Shown: in pieces, positions 47,780 through 48,659 of the stretch
How positions within the stretch are numbered: the stretch's first letter is position 1
Layout of the letters: the number at the start of each line of letters is the position of its first letter
NCBI RefSeq assembly: GCF_001194135.2
Contig: NC_068985.1
Span: forward strand, 5,706,295-5,754,953
From: Octopus bimaculoides
Taxonomy: Eukaryota
Reading direction: 5' to 3'
DNA: 48,659 bases
The notes under the pieces: model-generated
Told to the model about the DNA's origin: nothing
What the model saw: the letters and a program-made list of their open reading frames with translations, nothing else
Databases searched by the model: none
Program-made: the position numbers and the translations under genes

Positions 47780-48608
47780 AGAGGCAGGTAAAATGTGACA
47801 TAATCGTCAAAGCCTGAGAGGCATTTAGATTGATGATAGAAAGTGACGGTAGGGAGCGAGAAGTTTTCAAGATTATTCCCCGTATCACATGACGAAAGGG
47901 TATGAATAACAAGATGTATCATTTGATTAACAAGAAGAATCCATAATAATCATTTACTTGTCGTGTGTGTATGGAGAACCACAGTTGTGAAATCGTTACA
48001 AGATGGAAAATATTAGTCAAACGAAAGATAATAATGTTGGTCTACTGTTGACATTGAGTTGCGATTTTATAGATCTAGCAGACAAATATAGGTTGATAGT
48101 AAATAAACTTCTGAGCCGTTGTCTGTCTCTCTCTTTGCTTACACGGTCTGTCACCTCTCTCATTTGTATGGAAATCTGTACACACGCATATCTACACATT
48201 CACCTAAATGCTGCGCCGGCGATCAAGCGAACAGCTTTCTCTTCAAATTAACGTGCAGCTAAGCTTTCCAATAAAACTGCGGACACTTACAGTAGTTCTC
48301 AAGGAGATTCTGCGTGATAGACCGAATGTGACCCGGCGGTCACTTTGAACTATAGATACAGTTTTGTCATTAGACAAATATCATTTTCCTTTGTACTTCG
48401 TCTGGAACCACACACTTACTAGGTTCACCATTAAAGCTATTGTGTCATCATAGCCTCAACTATGCAAAGTTATAGTAGTGTGTGTAACCGTATCGTTTAC
48501 GGTTTAGAATATATATTTGCACGTACATACATACATACATACATACATACATACATACATACATACAGGAATGACTGTATGGTAAGAAGCTTGCTTAGCC
48601 TTCCCTTT

Positions 48609-48659
<51 letters not shown>

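Overview
Eukaryotic, AT-rich, repeat-saturated genomic DNA from a gapped short-read assembly (13 N-gaps). I found no confidently identifiable host protein-coding gene, tRNA or rRNA gene, or CRISPR array. Almost all ORFs in the supplied track are translations of microsatellites or gaps. The SINE families and the extreme microsatellite density look like an octopod cephalopod genome (inference from recall, not verified). Supportable content: (i) about 25 copies or fragments of four tRNA-type SINE families, which I label S1-S4, several with clear target-site duplications; (ii) relics of R4/Dong-like restriction-like-endonuclease (RLE) non-LTR retrotransposons, representing at least three divergent subfamilies, nearly all ending in (AAT)n arrays; (iii) an internally deleted RTE-clade LINE; (iv) two internally deleted mariner elements with both TIRs, one carrying a nested SINE; (v) several small MITE-like inverted-repeat elements. 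The most notable structures are an (AAT)n-centred insertion stack at 2.3-4.9 kb bracketed by a ~250-bp inverted duplication, an orphan ~500-bp AAT-flanked repeat present twice, a head-to-head S1 SINE pair at 44.7-46.0 kb that could form a long RNA duplex, and modular head/core swapping between SINE families. A few isolated candidate exons are reported at low confidence only. Family assignments rest on motif recognition by eye; no database search was run.
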